DNA of 64,000 nucleotides, taken from the NCBI GenBank assembly GCA_027593235.1, contig JAQCIU010000006.1:32001-96000 (forward strand), in the 5' to 3' direction. The notes below the pieces were generated by a model. That model ran no database searches, was not told where the DNA came from, and saw only the letters and a program-made list of their open reading frames with translations. The translations under genes were made by a program, and so were the position numbers. Position 1 is the stretch's first letter. Each line of letters starts with the position of its first letter. Below are positions 50,205 to 60,383 of this stretch, piece by piece. This stretch comes from Chloroflexota bacterium. GTDB taxonomy: Bacteria; Chloroflexota; Dehalococcoidia; UBA2979.

Positions 50205-50756
50205 CTACTCGTCGTCCATCAGATCCGCCACCGAGGCCGGTACCGTCGACTGCCACGCGCGCAGATGATCCAGCGCGTCATCGAACTCAGGCGGCAACGC
50301 CAACTCCATCACCGGTGCCCGCTCCAGGAACACAGGCGCCAGCGTCGATTCGTCGACCGCCGTCGCCATCATCGCCGATGCCGGGAACACCGAGACGGCG
50401 ATCAACGCCACCTCCACCATCACGACGCCCTTCACAAACCCGAAGGCGGCGCCGCCGAGGTGGTCGAACGGCCCGAGCATGAAGAGGTGCGCCGTCCGGC
50501 GCAGCACGCTCGCCACGAGCTGTCCGAGGACCAGGATCCCCGCCAGCAGCGCGCCAAACGACAGCAGATTGCGAATCGTCGCGTCGTCGATCAAAAACTC
50601 GAGGTTCGCGCTCAGCTCGTCGTAGAACAGGCCCGCGACCACGGCGCCTGCCAGCAACGCCGCCAGCGTCACCATCTCGCGGATCAGACCGCGGCTAAAG
50701 GCGGAAAACGTCACCCACGCGATGACAGCGACAATAACGAGGTCGAGCCAGTGCAT
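50205..50756 (-). CDS. CvpA family membrane protein
   Basis: MHWLDLVI, RGLIRE, DHLGGAAFGFVKG. Confidence 0.9.
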   Translation of the reverse strand: MHWLDLVIVAVIAWVTFSAFSRGLIREMVTLAALLAGAVVAGLFYDELSANLEFLIDDATIRNLLSFGALLAGILVLGQLVASVLRRTAHLFMLGPFDHLGGAAFGFVKGVVMVEVALIAVSVFPASAMMATAVDESTLAPVFLERAPVMELALPPEFDDALDHLRAWQSTVPASVADLMDDE

Positions 50757-50842
50757 ACGCGCACGCGCCCCAGTTCCCCCCGCCCGCAATCGGAGGGTAG
50801 CACCCACCGGCGCCTCATCGAACGAACTCGGACGTAGGGTTT

Positions 50843-51616
50843 CTACTCGAATCCGAGCCGGCGCTCCCGCATCGACACGTACCGCGCGTGACCGAATACG
50901 AGGTGGTCCAGCACCCGCACATCCAGCAGCTCACCCGCCGCCACCACCGCCGTCGTGAACGCCACGTCGTCGCTGGAAGGCGCCGGATCGCCGCTCGGGT
51001 GGTTGTGCGCCAGCGCGATCGCGAACGCGTTACGCCGGATCGCCTCGCGGAACACCTCCGCCACCCGCGCTGGCGAGGCGTTGATCGACCCTCGATAGAG
51101 CGTCGGCTGCGCCAGCACGTGGTGCTTTGTGTCCAGGATCAGCAGCCGCACCTCTTCCTGTTGCAGCAGCTCCATCTCGGACTGCAACAGCCGCGCGATG
51201 TCCTCCGGTCCCGTCACCCGAGGGCGCAACACCTCGCCCTGCAACGCCGCGCGCCGCCCCAGCTCGAAGATCGCCGCAATCGTCGAAGCCTTCGCCGGGC
51301 CCAGCCCGTGCATCGCCGTCAGCGTCGGCAGATCGGATCCCGCCAGCCCCCGCAACCCACCGTGCTCCGCAAGCAACCGCGAGGCCGCCGCCAGCACATC
51401 CTCCCGCGCGGATCCCGTGCGCAGCACAATCGCCAGCAACTCCGCCGTCGTCAGCGCCCCCGGCCCGAGCTGCGCCAGCCGCTCCCGAGGCCGCTCCTGC
51501 GCCGGCAGCTCCGCCACACGGACGTGGTACGGCGCCTCCTCGGCTGACCCGCGCGCGGCATCGGCGCTGGCGGGGGTACTCGCCGCATCAGGCTCGCGGT
51601 CCGGCACGTCGGACAC
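50843..51616 (-). CDS. radC: RadC family (JAB domain) protein
   Basis: ERPRERL..LG..ALT.AELLAIVLRTG, AHNHPSGDPAPSSDD, VLDHLV. Start is approximate. Confidence 0.93.
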   Translation of the reverse strand: MSDVPDREPDAASTPASADAARGSAEEAPYHVRVAELPAQERPRERLAQLGPGALTTAELLAIVLRTGSAREDVLAAASRLLAEHGGLRGLAGSDLPTLTAMHGLGPAKASTIAAIFELGRRAALQGEVLRPRVTGPEDIARLLQSEMELLQQEEVRLLILDTKHHVLAQPTLYRGSINASPARVAEVFREAIRRNAFAIALAHNHPSGDPAPSSDDVAFTTAVVAAGELLDVRVLDHLVFGHARYVSMRERRLGFE

Positions 51617-51626
51617 CCGGCGGTCG

Positions 51627-52085
51627 CTAGCGTCGCGGCTGGCGCTGGGGCGGCTCCACAATCCGTTCGATCGTGATCACCCGCATCGTGTGCGGCCAGT
51701 GTCGGATCGACACCCGCTGGCCCTCATGCAGCTCCGTCGCGGCCAGCACGCCCACCTCGAACACCTGCCGCTCCAGCATCAGGTAGTCCTGGCGCCCGAA
51801 GATCAGCAGCTTCGATTTCTTCCAGATCCGGACCGCTTCGCCCTCGGTCGCCACCGGCTCCGCGCGCAGATCGCGCATCGCGGCGACGAACTCGTACACC
51901 ACCGCGAACGCCACGATACCCAGCACCAGCACCGGTAGCACCGCGCCGGCATTGCCGCCCACCAGCGCGTTCAGCGCCAGCAGCAGCAGGCCAACCACCA
52001 CCAGCGAAGTCGGTCCGTAAATCACCGCATTACGAACAAGCATCCGCCGGTCAGACGGACGCTCTTCAATCATCTCCAGCGACAT
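51627..52085 (-). CDS. Hypothetical two-TM membrane protein
   Basis: Two hydrophobic helices followed by a small beta-rich domain. Confidence 0.65.
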   Translation of the reverse strand: MSLEMIEERPSDRRMLVRNAVIYGPTSLVVVGLLLLALNALVGGNAGAVLPVLVLGIVAFAVVYEFVAAMRDLRAEPVATEGEAVRIWKKSKLLIFGRQDYLMLERQVFEVGVLAATELHEGQRVSIRHWPHTMRVITIERIVEPPQRQPRR

Positions 52086-52109
52086 CGGAGGCCCCGCAAT
52101 CAATCCCCG

Positions 52110-52640
52110 CTATTGATCCGGAATCACCAGCACCTGGCCCACCTGGATCGACGTGATGTCCGCGATACCGTTCGCGGAAGCGATCGCCGTCGCAAACTCG
52201 TTCAGTTCGCGGTCGGTGGGCAGGAACTGCTCCGCAATCGCCAGCATCGTATCGCCGGAGACCACCGTGTAGGTGACCTCGCTCGGTGTCGGCTCCGCCG
52301 TCGGTACCGTCGTCGCCGTCACCGTCTCCGTGGCGACCGGCGTCGCGGTCGCCGATCCGTCCGGCTTCGCCGCGGCCGTCGCTTCCGAGGTCGCCCCCGC
52401 TGTCGCGGTCGCCGTCGGCGAACTCACGATGCCGCTAATCGAGGCCGGCGGTCCGTCCTGATCGGCGCCCACCGGCGGCAGCACAAGCAGCCACACGGCG
52501 AAAATCGAACCTAGCAGGAGAGCAATCAGGGAGCCTCGGTAGACCCGAGGTGAGGGCATGGCGAGCGACGGATCGAGCCCGCTCTCATCGAGCAGCTCAT
52601 CCTCGGTCAGGTATCGATCGAGGTCGCGATCGTCGCTCAC
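52110..52640 (-). CDS. Membrane-anchored LysM protein
   Basis: TM helix, Thr/Ala/Pro linker, C-terminal YTVVSGDTMLAIA...ANGI...IQVGQVLVIP. Confidence 0.88.
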   Translation of the reverse strand: MSDDRDLDRYLTEDELLDESGLDPSLAMPSPRVYRGSLIALLLGSIFAVWLLVLPPVGADQDGPPASISGIVSSPTATATAGATSEATAAAKPDGSATATPVATETVTATTVPTAEPTPSEVTYTVVSGDTMLAIAEQFLPTDRELNEFATAIASANGIADITSIQVGQVLVIPDQ

Positions 52641-52719
52641 GTCCCGAGCGTATCACGTGTCCCCGGCGCCGCCTCGACGCCGGGGACCGCTACGTCCCGA
52701 AATCCAGTTGCGCTCGCGC

Positions 52720-53097
52720 TTAGCTCAGCTCAACCGTCGCGCCGGCCTCTTCAAGCTTGGCCTTCGCCGCCTCGGCCTCGGCCTTGGCAACGCCTTCCTT
52801 GATCGGCTTCGGCGCGGCCTCAACCAGGTCCTTCGCGTCCTTCAGGCCCAGCGCCGTCAGCTCGCGGACAACCTTGATCACGTTGATCTTGTTCGCGCCG
52901 AAGTCCTTCAGGATGACGTCGAACTCATCCTTCTCCTCAACGGCGGCAGCGGCGTCACCTGCGGGAGCCATCGCCATCGCCATCGGGGCCGCGGCGGTCA
53001 CGCCGAACTCTTCCTCGATCGCCTTGTTCAGGTCACGCAGCTCCAGCAGCGTCATGCCCTTGATGACCTCGAGTGCGTCGTCAACCTTGCTCATCAT
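52720..53097 (-). CDS. rplL: 50S ribosomal protein L7/L12
   Basis: [44 protein letters not shown]. Confidence 0.99.
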   Translation of the reverse strand: MMSKVDDALEVIKGMTLLELRDLNKAIEEEFGVTAAAPMAMAMAPAGDAAAAVEEKDEFDVILKDFGANKINVIKVVRELTALGLKDAKDLVEAAPKPIKEGVAKAEAEAAKAKLEEAGATVELS

Positions 53098-53193
53098 CTG
53101 CCTCCTTCACCGGCTCCGCCGGTGGCTTTCAGAGTTCGCGCCGGCTCGCACCGGCGGATCATCGCGTGAATCGTGTTCGCTCGAACGCAAGCC

Positions 53194-53733
53194 TTAGCTC
53201 GCCTCGCCCTCGGACTCCAACTGCACCGCACGGGCCTCAATCAGCCCAACAAACTCGCGGGCCGTCCCGTCCAACAGCATCATCAGCTCGCGGATCTTGC
53301 CAACCAGACCACCCGCGATACGGGACAACAGTTCCTCACGTGAGGGCACCGTCGCCAGATCGCGGATGTACGCCGCATCCACCAGCAAGCCATCCACAAT
53401 CGCCTGGCGGATCTCCACCTTGGACGTGTCGTGCTCGCGCAGGTACGTCGTCAGCGCGCGCGATGGGCCCACCGGCTCGTCGTACCCGAACACCACCGCC
53501 GTCGGCCCATCGGCCAGATCGGCGAACTGCTCCAGACCCGCGTCCTTCGCGGCAATCCGCAGCAGCGTGTTCTTCACCACCTTCATCTCGGCGCCCGCCT
53601 CGCGCAGCACTTGCCGCAACGCGACCTGCTCCGCAACGCTGGTGCCCTGGTAGCTCGTCGCAATCGCGATCTGTGCGCGACCGATCAACTCGGTCAGCTC
53701 GGCTACCTGCTCAAGCTTCTTCGCGGTGGGCAT
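53194..53733 (-). CDS. rplJ: 50S ribosomal protein L10
   Basis: MPTAKKLEQVAEL, LR..LRE, KVVKNTL, GPTAV, LATVPSREELL; ATG follows GGAGGAG. Confidence 0.96.
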   Translation of the reverse strand: MPTAKKLEQVAELTELIGRAQIAIATSYQGTSVAEQVALRQVLREAGAEMKVVKNTLLRIAAKDAGLEQFADLADGPTAVVFGYDEPVGPSRALTTYLREHDTSKVEIRQAIVDGLLVDAAYIRDLATVPSREELLSRIAGGLVGKIRELMMLLDGTAREFVGLIEARAVQLESEGEAS

Positions 53734-53798
53734 CGGCCCTCCTCCGTGATGCCGGTCTCCCGGCTCGCCATTCCCATTCGTCAATGCTCGTCGGGCGT

Positions 53799-53945
53799 AA
53801 AAAAAACGCCCTCCCGCTGTGCGGTGAGGGCGCGTGTCCACGGGTGCCCGTCGGGCTCCCACAGTCTCGCTTGTGCCCCACCTGTACAGGCCGCCCGGTT
53901 CGTTGGGCGTTATCCCTCGCGGGACCCGTAGTCTCTGGCGGTCGC
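53799..53945 (-). ncRNA. L10 leader (rplJ autoregulatory element) with intrinsic terminator
   Basis: Minus strand CCAGAGACTACGGG...TAA...CCTGTACAGGTGG resembles the L10-leader kink-turn. It is followed by hairpin CGCCCTC...GAGGGCG and U8 (53799-53832) upstream of rplJ. Confidence 0.75.
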
Positions 53946-54050
53946 GCGACATTCGTCGCGCTGCTCGTCGTGTACACGGCCAGACCGAGGTCCAACCGGC
54001 TTCATAGTGTGCGGTCCCCGCCGCTTGCCGTCTACGGCACGGACCCAATC

Positions 54051-54134
54051 ACCCGAGGGCGTAGCCCTCTTCAGCAAGACCCGAGGGCGTAGCCCTCTTC
54101 AGCAAGACCCGAGGGGCGTAGCCCTCAGGCAGAC
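54051..54134. repeat. Three tandem 28-bp hairpin repeats
   Basis: ACCCGAGGGCGTAGCCCTCTTCAGCAAG twice exactly (54051, 54079) plus a degenerate third copy; each contains GAGGGC-GTA-GCCCTC. Confidence 0.9.
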
Positions 54135-54184
54135 AGCCGATGGCACACCAGCGAACGACCGAGCAAACGACCGAAACCCGAGCG

Positions 54185-54220
54185 ACAAACAAACGACCCG
54201 CCTCGGCGGCGGGTCGTTCG
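54185..54220 (-). terminator. Terminator after rplA
   Basis: AACGACCCGCC/GGCGGGTCGTT stem followed on the minus strand by TGTTTGT. Confidence 0.7.
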
Positions 54221-54272
54221 TAACGCCGAGGCGTCACGTCATTCGAGTGATGGTGCGCGCGTGGCGCGACCC

Positions 54273-54992
54273 TTACGAACCGGTCGCCGTCGCCATCGCC
54301 ATCATCTGGTTCACGTCCATCGGCACGCCCGGCCCCATCGTGGAGGTCAGCGTCGCAGCGCGCAGGAAGGCGCCCTTCGTGCCCGTCGGCTTCGAGCGCA
54401 CGATCTCTGAAACCATCGCTCGCAGGTTTCCCTCAAGCTGCTCCGGCGTGAATGACGCCTTGCCGATCGTGCAGTGCAGCAGGTTCATCCGGTCCAGCCG
54501 GAAGTCCACGCGGCCCGCCTTCGCCTCCTGCACGCCTCGCGCCAGGTCCTGACTGGACAGCACCGTGCTGTTACGCGGGTTCGGCATCAGCCCGCGCGGG
54601 CCCAGGACGCGGCCCAGGCTACCAACTTTGCCCATCATCTCCCGCTGTGCCAGCGCGACATCAAAGGCAAGGTAGCCGTCGGCCACGCGAGCGATCAGAT
54701 CGTCGCCGCCCACCTCGTCGGCCCCGGCCTCCATCGCCAGCGTCGCCGCTTCGCCCTCGGCGAACACCAGCACGCGCACCTCGCGGCCGATCCCGTTCGG
54801 CAGCACCACCGAGCCACGGATCTGCTGGTCCGCGTGACGGCCGTCCAGCCCCGTGCGCAGGTGCAGTTCAACGGTCTCGTCGAACTTCGCTGTTGCGTTC
54901 TGCTTCACCAGTTCCACCGCGGCGAGCGGCTCGTAGAGGCGCTCCTCAACGTTCGCACGCGCGGCAACGGTTCGCTTTCCCAGTTTCGGCAT
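54273..54992 (-). CDS. rplA: 50S ribosomal protein L1
   Basis: AKFDETVELH, DQQIRGSVVLPNG, LGRVLGPRGLMPNP, STMGPG. Confidence 0.99.
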   Translation of the reverse strand: MPKLGKRTVAARANVEERLYEPLAAVELVKQNATAKFDETVELHLRTGLDGRHADQQIRGSVVLPNGIGREVRVLVFAEGEAATLAMEAGADEVGGDDLIARVADGYLAFDVALAQREMMGKVGSLGRVLGPRGLMPNPRNSTVLSSQDLARGVQEAKAGRVDFRLDRMNLLHCTIGKASFTPEQLEGNLRAMVSEIVRSKPTGTKGAFLRAATLTSTMGPGVPMDVNQMMAMATATGS

Positions 54993-54994
54993 GA

Positions 54995-55417
54995 CTACTT
55001 GACCTCAATCCCCATCGAGCGCGCCGTGCCCTCGACGATTCGCATTGCCTGATCAATGTCATCGGTGTTCAGGTCCGGCAGCTTCGTCTCGGCAATCTTC
55101 CGCACCTGCGCGCGGTTCACCGAACCCACCATCTGCTGGAGCTGGCTCGCCGATCCGCGCTCAACCCCCGCCGCCTTACGCAGCAGGTCGGACGCTGGAG
55201 GCGTCTTCAACACGAAGTTGAAGGACCGATCCTCGAAGATCGTAATCCGCGCCGGGATGATCTGCCCGGGCGTATCGCGCGTCTGCTCGTTGTACGCCTT
55301 GCAGAAATCCATGATGTTGATGCCGTGTGGGCCCAGTGCCGTACCAACCGGCGGTGCCGGGTTTGCCAGACCAGCACGAATCTGCAGCGTAACCACCGCT
55401 CGAACCTTCTTCGCCAT
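54995..55417 (-). CDS. rplK: 50S ribosomal protein L11
   Basis: [32 protein letters not shown]. Confidence 0.99.
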   Translation of the reverse strand: MAKKVRAVVTLQIRAGLANPAPPVGTALGPHGINIMDFCKAYNEQTRDTPGQIIPARITIFEDRSFNFVLKTPPASDLLRKAAGVERGSASQLQQMVGSVNRAQVRKIAETKLPDLNTDDIDQAMRIVEGTARSMGIEVK

Positions 55418-55482
55418 CTCGCCTCACCAACACCCGGCCGCGAATCAGTCGCAGCCGCCTCTCCATACGGGCAAACCCGTTG

Positions 55483-56091
55483 TTATTGCTTCTCGACCTG
55501 CAGGAAGTCCAGCTCCACCGGTGTATCCCGGCCGAACATGGACACCATCACACGGACGCGACCACGATCCAGATCGATCGTGTCGACCGTCCCGATCATC
55601 TCGCTGAATGGACCGTCGGTGACCAGCACCGTCTCGCCCACCTGGAACCCAATGTTGATCCGCGGCGCTGCAGAATGCATCTGCCGCAGGATTTGCTCCA
55701 CCTCGGCGTCAGGAAGCGCCGTCGGCTTCGCGCGCTCGTCCATCGTCGTACCGGCGAAGCCCGTCACACCGGGCGTGTTCCGCACCACATACCAGGACTC
55801 ATCGTCCATCAGCATTTGGACAAACACATAGCCGGGGAACAGCTTCTTCGAAACCGTCTTGCGCTGGCCGTCGCGAATCTCGATCTCATCCTCGGTCGGA
55901 ACCACCACCTGGTGGATCCGCTCGGACATGTCCATCGACTTGATTCGCTGTTCCAGGTCGACCTTCACCTTGTTCTCGTACCCGGAGTACGTCTGAACGA
56001 TGTACCAGGCGCGGCCATCCTTGACCTCGACATCGACGTCGGCGTTCGCCGCGTCGTCTGTCGCCTGTGCTGATAGCGGTTCGGGTGCCAT
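55483..56091 (-). CDS. nusG: Transcription factor NusG
   Basis: WYIVQTYSGYENKV, FPGYV, VRNTPGVTGF; KOW domain DGPF and MFGRDTPVELDF. Confidence 0.98.
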   Translation of the reverse strand: MAPEPLSAQATDDAANADVDVEVKDGRAWYIVQTYSGYENKVKVDLEQRIKSMDMSERIHQVVVPTEDEIEIRDGQRKTVSKKLFPGYVFVQMLMDDESWYVVRNTPGVTGFAGTTMDERAKPTALPDAEVEQILRQMHSAAPRINIGFQVGETVLVTDGPFSEMIGTVDTIDLDRGRVRVMVSMFGRDTPVELDFLQVEKQ

Positions 56092-56099
56092 GGTCGCTC

Positions 56100-56426
56100 C
56101 TACCGCAGGATCGTTTGTTCGACGAACCAGCCAAACGCGAGGTCCGCGACACCGAGGACCACGCCAATGGCCACCGACACCACGATCACCACGAAGGACA
56201 GGTATCCCACCTCCTGGCGGGATGGCCACGTGACCTTGCGCAGCTCACTGATGATGTCCGTGATCCACGTCGGGCGGAACAACGATCCGCGTCGTCGGGC
56301 GGGATCAACGTGAGCAGAAGTGGACGGCAGCCCGGCCGGATTCCCGGACGCGCGCGTACCGCTTTTGGTCTGTCGTTGCTGTCGTCGTTCCGCTCGGGCT
56401 TGAGCCCGGCGAGCCTCTCGGCCCAT
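56100..56426 (-). CDS. secE: Preprotein translocase subunit SecE
   Basis: ELRKVTWPSRQE followed by a single TM helix; upstream of nusG. Confidence 0.95.
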   Translation of the reverse strand: MGREARRAQARAERRQQRQTKSGTRASGNPAGLPSTSAHVDPARRRGSLFRPTWITDIISELRKVTWPSRQEVGYLSFVVIVVSVAIGVVLGVADLAFGWFVEQTILR

Positions 56427-56518
56427 CGTCGCCGCTCCTGCCACCGCGGGGTCGTCCGAAGCGGAACCGCTGGTTCGCGGCGCCGCTTCCGCGAACCAGC
56501 GAGTGTGTCTCGTCCGGT

Positions 56519-56683
56519 CTAGCGAGTCTCCCGGAAAACCTGCACAGTGCGGGTCTTCGGGCAGTACTTGCGCAATTCAATGCGGTCCGGGTCGTTCCGC
56601 TTGTTCTTCTTCGTATGGTAAACGACACCCGGGCAGTCGTTGCTGACCAATTTGATGTGGTCTCGATCGCCCTTTTTCGCCAT
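56519..56683 (-). CDS. rpmG: 50S ribosomal protein L33 (54 aa, not in the ORF track)
   Basis: MAKKGDRDHIKLVSNDCPGVVYHTKKNKRNDPDRIELRKYCPKTRTVQVFRETR*; lies between tuf and secE. Confidence 0.96.
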   Translation of the reverse strand: MAKKGDRDHIKLVSNDCPGVVYHTKKNKRNDPDRIELRKYCPKTRTVQVFRETR

Positions 56684-56691
56684 CGAATCCC

Positions 56692-57891
56692 CTACTCGGT
56701 AATTTCGATCACGATGCCGGAACCAACCGTGCGCCCACCCTCGCGAATCGCGAATCGCAGACCGGTCTCAATCGCGATCGGTGACACCAGCTCAATCGCC
56801 AGCTCCACGTCATCGCCCGGCATCACCATCTCCGTGCCCTCGGGCAGCGTTGCCGTCCCCGTCACGTCCGTCGTGCGGACGTAGAACTGCGGACGGTAGC
56901 CGTTGAAGAACGGCGTGTGACGGCCGCCTTCTTCCTTGGACAACACGTAGACCTGACCACGGAATTTCTGGTGAGGCGTAATCGAACCGGGCGCCGCCAG
57001 TACCTGGCCACGCTCGATGTCCTCACGCTCAATACCGCGCAGCAGGCAGCCGACGTTGTCGCCAGCCTCGCCCGTCGTCAGCGTCTTGTTGAACATCTCG
57101 ACACCGGTCACGGTCGTCGTGTGCGTCGGCTTCAGGCCGACGATCTCGATCGACTCGCCGACCTTCACCACACCGCGCTCGATGCGGCCGGTCACCACGG
57201 TACCGCGGCCCTTGATGCCGAACACGTCCTCGATCGCCATCAGGAATGGCTGATCCTTCGCGCGCTCCGGCTGCGGGATGTACTCGTCGACCGCCTTCAT
57301 CAGGGCCAGGATCGGCGCGAACTCCGGTGCGTTCAGATCGGTTGACTCGGACTCCAGCGCTGCAAGCGCGGAACCACGAACGATCGGAACGTCGTCACCC
57401 GGGAACTCGTACTCGGTCAGCAGTTCGCGCATCTCAAGCTCAACCAGCTCAAGCAACTCTTCGTCATCCATCATGTCGACCTTGTTCAGGAAGACCACGA
57501 TGTTCGGCACCTCGACCTGACGCGCAAGCAGCAGGTGCTCGCGGGTCTGCGGCATCGGACCGTCCGGGGCGGCGACCACCAGGATCGCTCCGTCCATCTG
57601 GGCGGCGCCGGTAATCATGTTCTTGATGTAGTCGGCGTGCCCGGGGCAGTCCACGTGGGCGTAGTGACGGGCAGCCGTCTGATACTCCACGTGCGTGATG
57701 GCGATGGTGATACCACGCGCCTTCTCTTCCGGCGCGTTGTCGATCTGCTCGAACGAACGGAAGTCCGCGCCACCCTGCAACGAGAGCACTTTCGTGATCG
57801 CCGCAGTCAGCGTCGTCTTGCCGTGGTCGACGTGACCGATCGTGCCGATGTTGGCGTGTGGCTTGTCTCGCTGGAAAACAGCCTTACCCAT
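56692..57891 (-). CDS. tuf: Elongation factor Tu
   Basis: [34 protein letters not shown]. Confidence 0.99.
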   Translation of the reverse strand: MGKAVFQRDKPHANIGTIGHVDHGKTTLTAAITKVLSLQGGADFRSFEQIDNAPEEKARGITIAITHVEYQTAARHYAHVDCPGHADYIKNMITGAAQMDGAILVVAAPDGPMPQTREHLLLARQVEVPNIVVFLNKVDMMDDEELLELVELEMRELLTEYEFPGDDVPIVRGSALAALESESTDLNAPEFAPILALMKAVDEYIPQPERAKDQPFLMAIEDVFGIKGRGTVVTGRIERGVVKVGESIEIVGLKPTHTTTVTGVEMFNKTLTTGEAGDNVGCLLRGIEREDIERGQVLAAPGSITPHQKFRGQVYVLSKEEGGRHTPFFNGYRPQFYVRTTDVTGTATLPEGTEMVMPGDDVELAIELVSPIAIETGLRFAIREGGRTVGSGIVIEITE

Positions 57892-58003
57892 CGCGGTCTC
57901 CTACTCTTCCCCATCCCGACGGGGGTTCTGTTTCGCGGGCTCTCACCCGCCGATTCAATGATCTTGATCGACGCTCAACTCAACGAACCCCAACACGGTT
58001 AAC

Positions 58004-58078
58004 TGGAGCCCGCTATGAGAGTTGAACTCATGACCTCGTTCTTACCAAGAACGCGCTCTACCACTGAGCTAAGCGGGC
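58004..58078 (-). tRNA. tRNA-Thr(GGT)
   Basis: GCCCGCTTAGCTCAGTGGTAGAGC...TTGGTAA...GTTCAACTC...GCGGGCTCCA; cloverleaf with encoded CCA. Confidence 0.96.
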
Positions 58079-58256
58079 CTCGTGAGCCGGGCGCGTGCCG
58101 GCCGTCTAGTGTGCCGTTCAGTCGCGCTGCGCGCTACCGGACGTGGTTGATCTTCGCGTCTCGCTCCTACGTCTGCCCGCTACCCGCGCCTCTCAACGGA
58201 GACCCGTACCTCGGGCTGCCCTGCTGAGCTCGTCACTCCGGAGGGGTAATCGGTGA

Positions 58257-58342
58257 TGGTGCAGGGGGCAGGATTCGAACCTGCGTAGCCGTAAGGCGGC
58301 GGATTTACAGTCCGCTGGAATTAGCCACTCTCCCACCCCTGC
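58257..58342 (-). tRNA. tRNA-Tyr(GTA)
   Basis: GCAGGGG acceptor, GCGGA-CTGTAAA-TCCGC anticodon arm, long variable arm, GGTTCGAATCC, ACCA end. Confidence 0.96.
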
Positions 58343-58358
58343 AAGATCCTCCGCGGGT

Positions 58359-58434
58359 TGGAGCCCGAGAGGGGATTCGAACCCGCTAACCTACCGATTA
58401 CAAATCGGTTGCGCTGCCATTGCGCCACTCGGGC
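58359..58434 (-). tRNA. tRNA-Thr(TGT)
   Basis: GCCCGAG acceptor, ACCGA-TTTGTAA-TCGGT anticodon arm, GGTTCGAATCC, TCCA end. Confidence 0.95.
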
Positions 58435-58522
58435 CGACACCCACTACTACGCCGTCACGAGGCCGTCACGAGGCTGTAGAGAGCAAGACGCACCCCGATA
58501 CACGGAGTGCGCACCGCCGATG

Positions 58523-58550
58523 ATTATATCGACACCGATCGAGGGGTCAA
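58523..58550 (-). promoter_or_regulatory. Strong sigma70 promoter of the tRNA-tuf operon
   Basis: Minus strand TTGACC-16 nt-TATAAT followed by a GC-rich discriminator region. Confidence 0.85.
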
Positions 58551-58661
58551 CGCGGATCCCACCAATTCTCGCGCAAATCCGCCCGCAAACGCCAACTCAC
58601 CCGCCCGCGCCACCCACGAGGCCCGCGCGTCACGCCCCGGAAACCGAGCGCGAACCTCTGC

Positions 58662-60104
<1,443 letters not shown>

Positions 60105-60298
60105 CGCGACCCTCCTCGGACGGCGAAGCGCGGCGAGGCCGACGTCGGCGCAGGCGCGCACGTCGTCGCCAACTCGCGATAAATCAACAATCGGGGGTGA
60201 TTCGTGATCGAAGGCAGTCGCCCCATGGGTGGGCTCCGTTCTGGCGGATCGGATGTTGCTGCAGGAGAGCCGGGCGCGATTGCGTTCGCGTCAGCGGC

Positions 60299-60376
60299 TT
60301 ACGTACACGTACAGCAACAGCGCCCGTTTCCAGGGCGGTCGGATCGGTCGCTCAGCACGGAAATCATCGTTGCCAT
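60299..60376 (-). promoter_or_regulatory. Putative Cys-rich leader peptide / attenuator upstream of cysS
   Basis: 25-codon ORF MATMISVLSDRSDRPGNGRCCCTCT* (TGT TGC TGT ACG TGT ACG TAA) starting 7 nt after the ispF stop; the Cys codons are complementary to downstream leader sequence. Confidence 0.7.
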
Positions 60377-60383
60377 CGAGCGC

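Noticed and set aside
54051-54134. 28-bp palindromic repeats as a CRISPR array
   Set aside because: The units are directly adjacent with no unique spacers, and there are no cas genes in the window.
58451-58472. GCCGTCACGAG x2 (11-bp period) as a Pho-box-like site
   Set aside because: It lies downstream of the TTGACC/TATAAT promoter, inside the tRNA leader and in the opposite orientation, so a small duplication in a leader hairpin is more likely.
58004-58660. Integrated element at the tRNA cluster
   Set aside because: There is no integrase and no duplicated tRNA 3' end that I could find, and the flanks are core genes.
60172-60380. ispF-cysS spacer as 6S RNA or T-box
   Set aside because: It can be drawn as a long rod, but I find no T-box (UGGNACC) antiterminator motif or convincing 6S consensus. 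The in-frame Cys cluster directly upstream of cysS explains it better. An Rfam scan is still needed.
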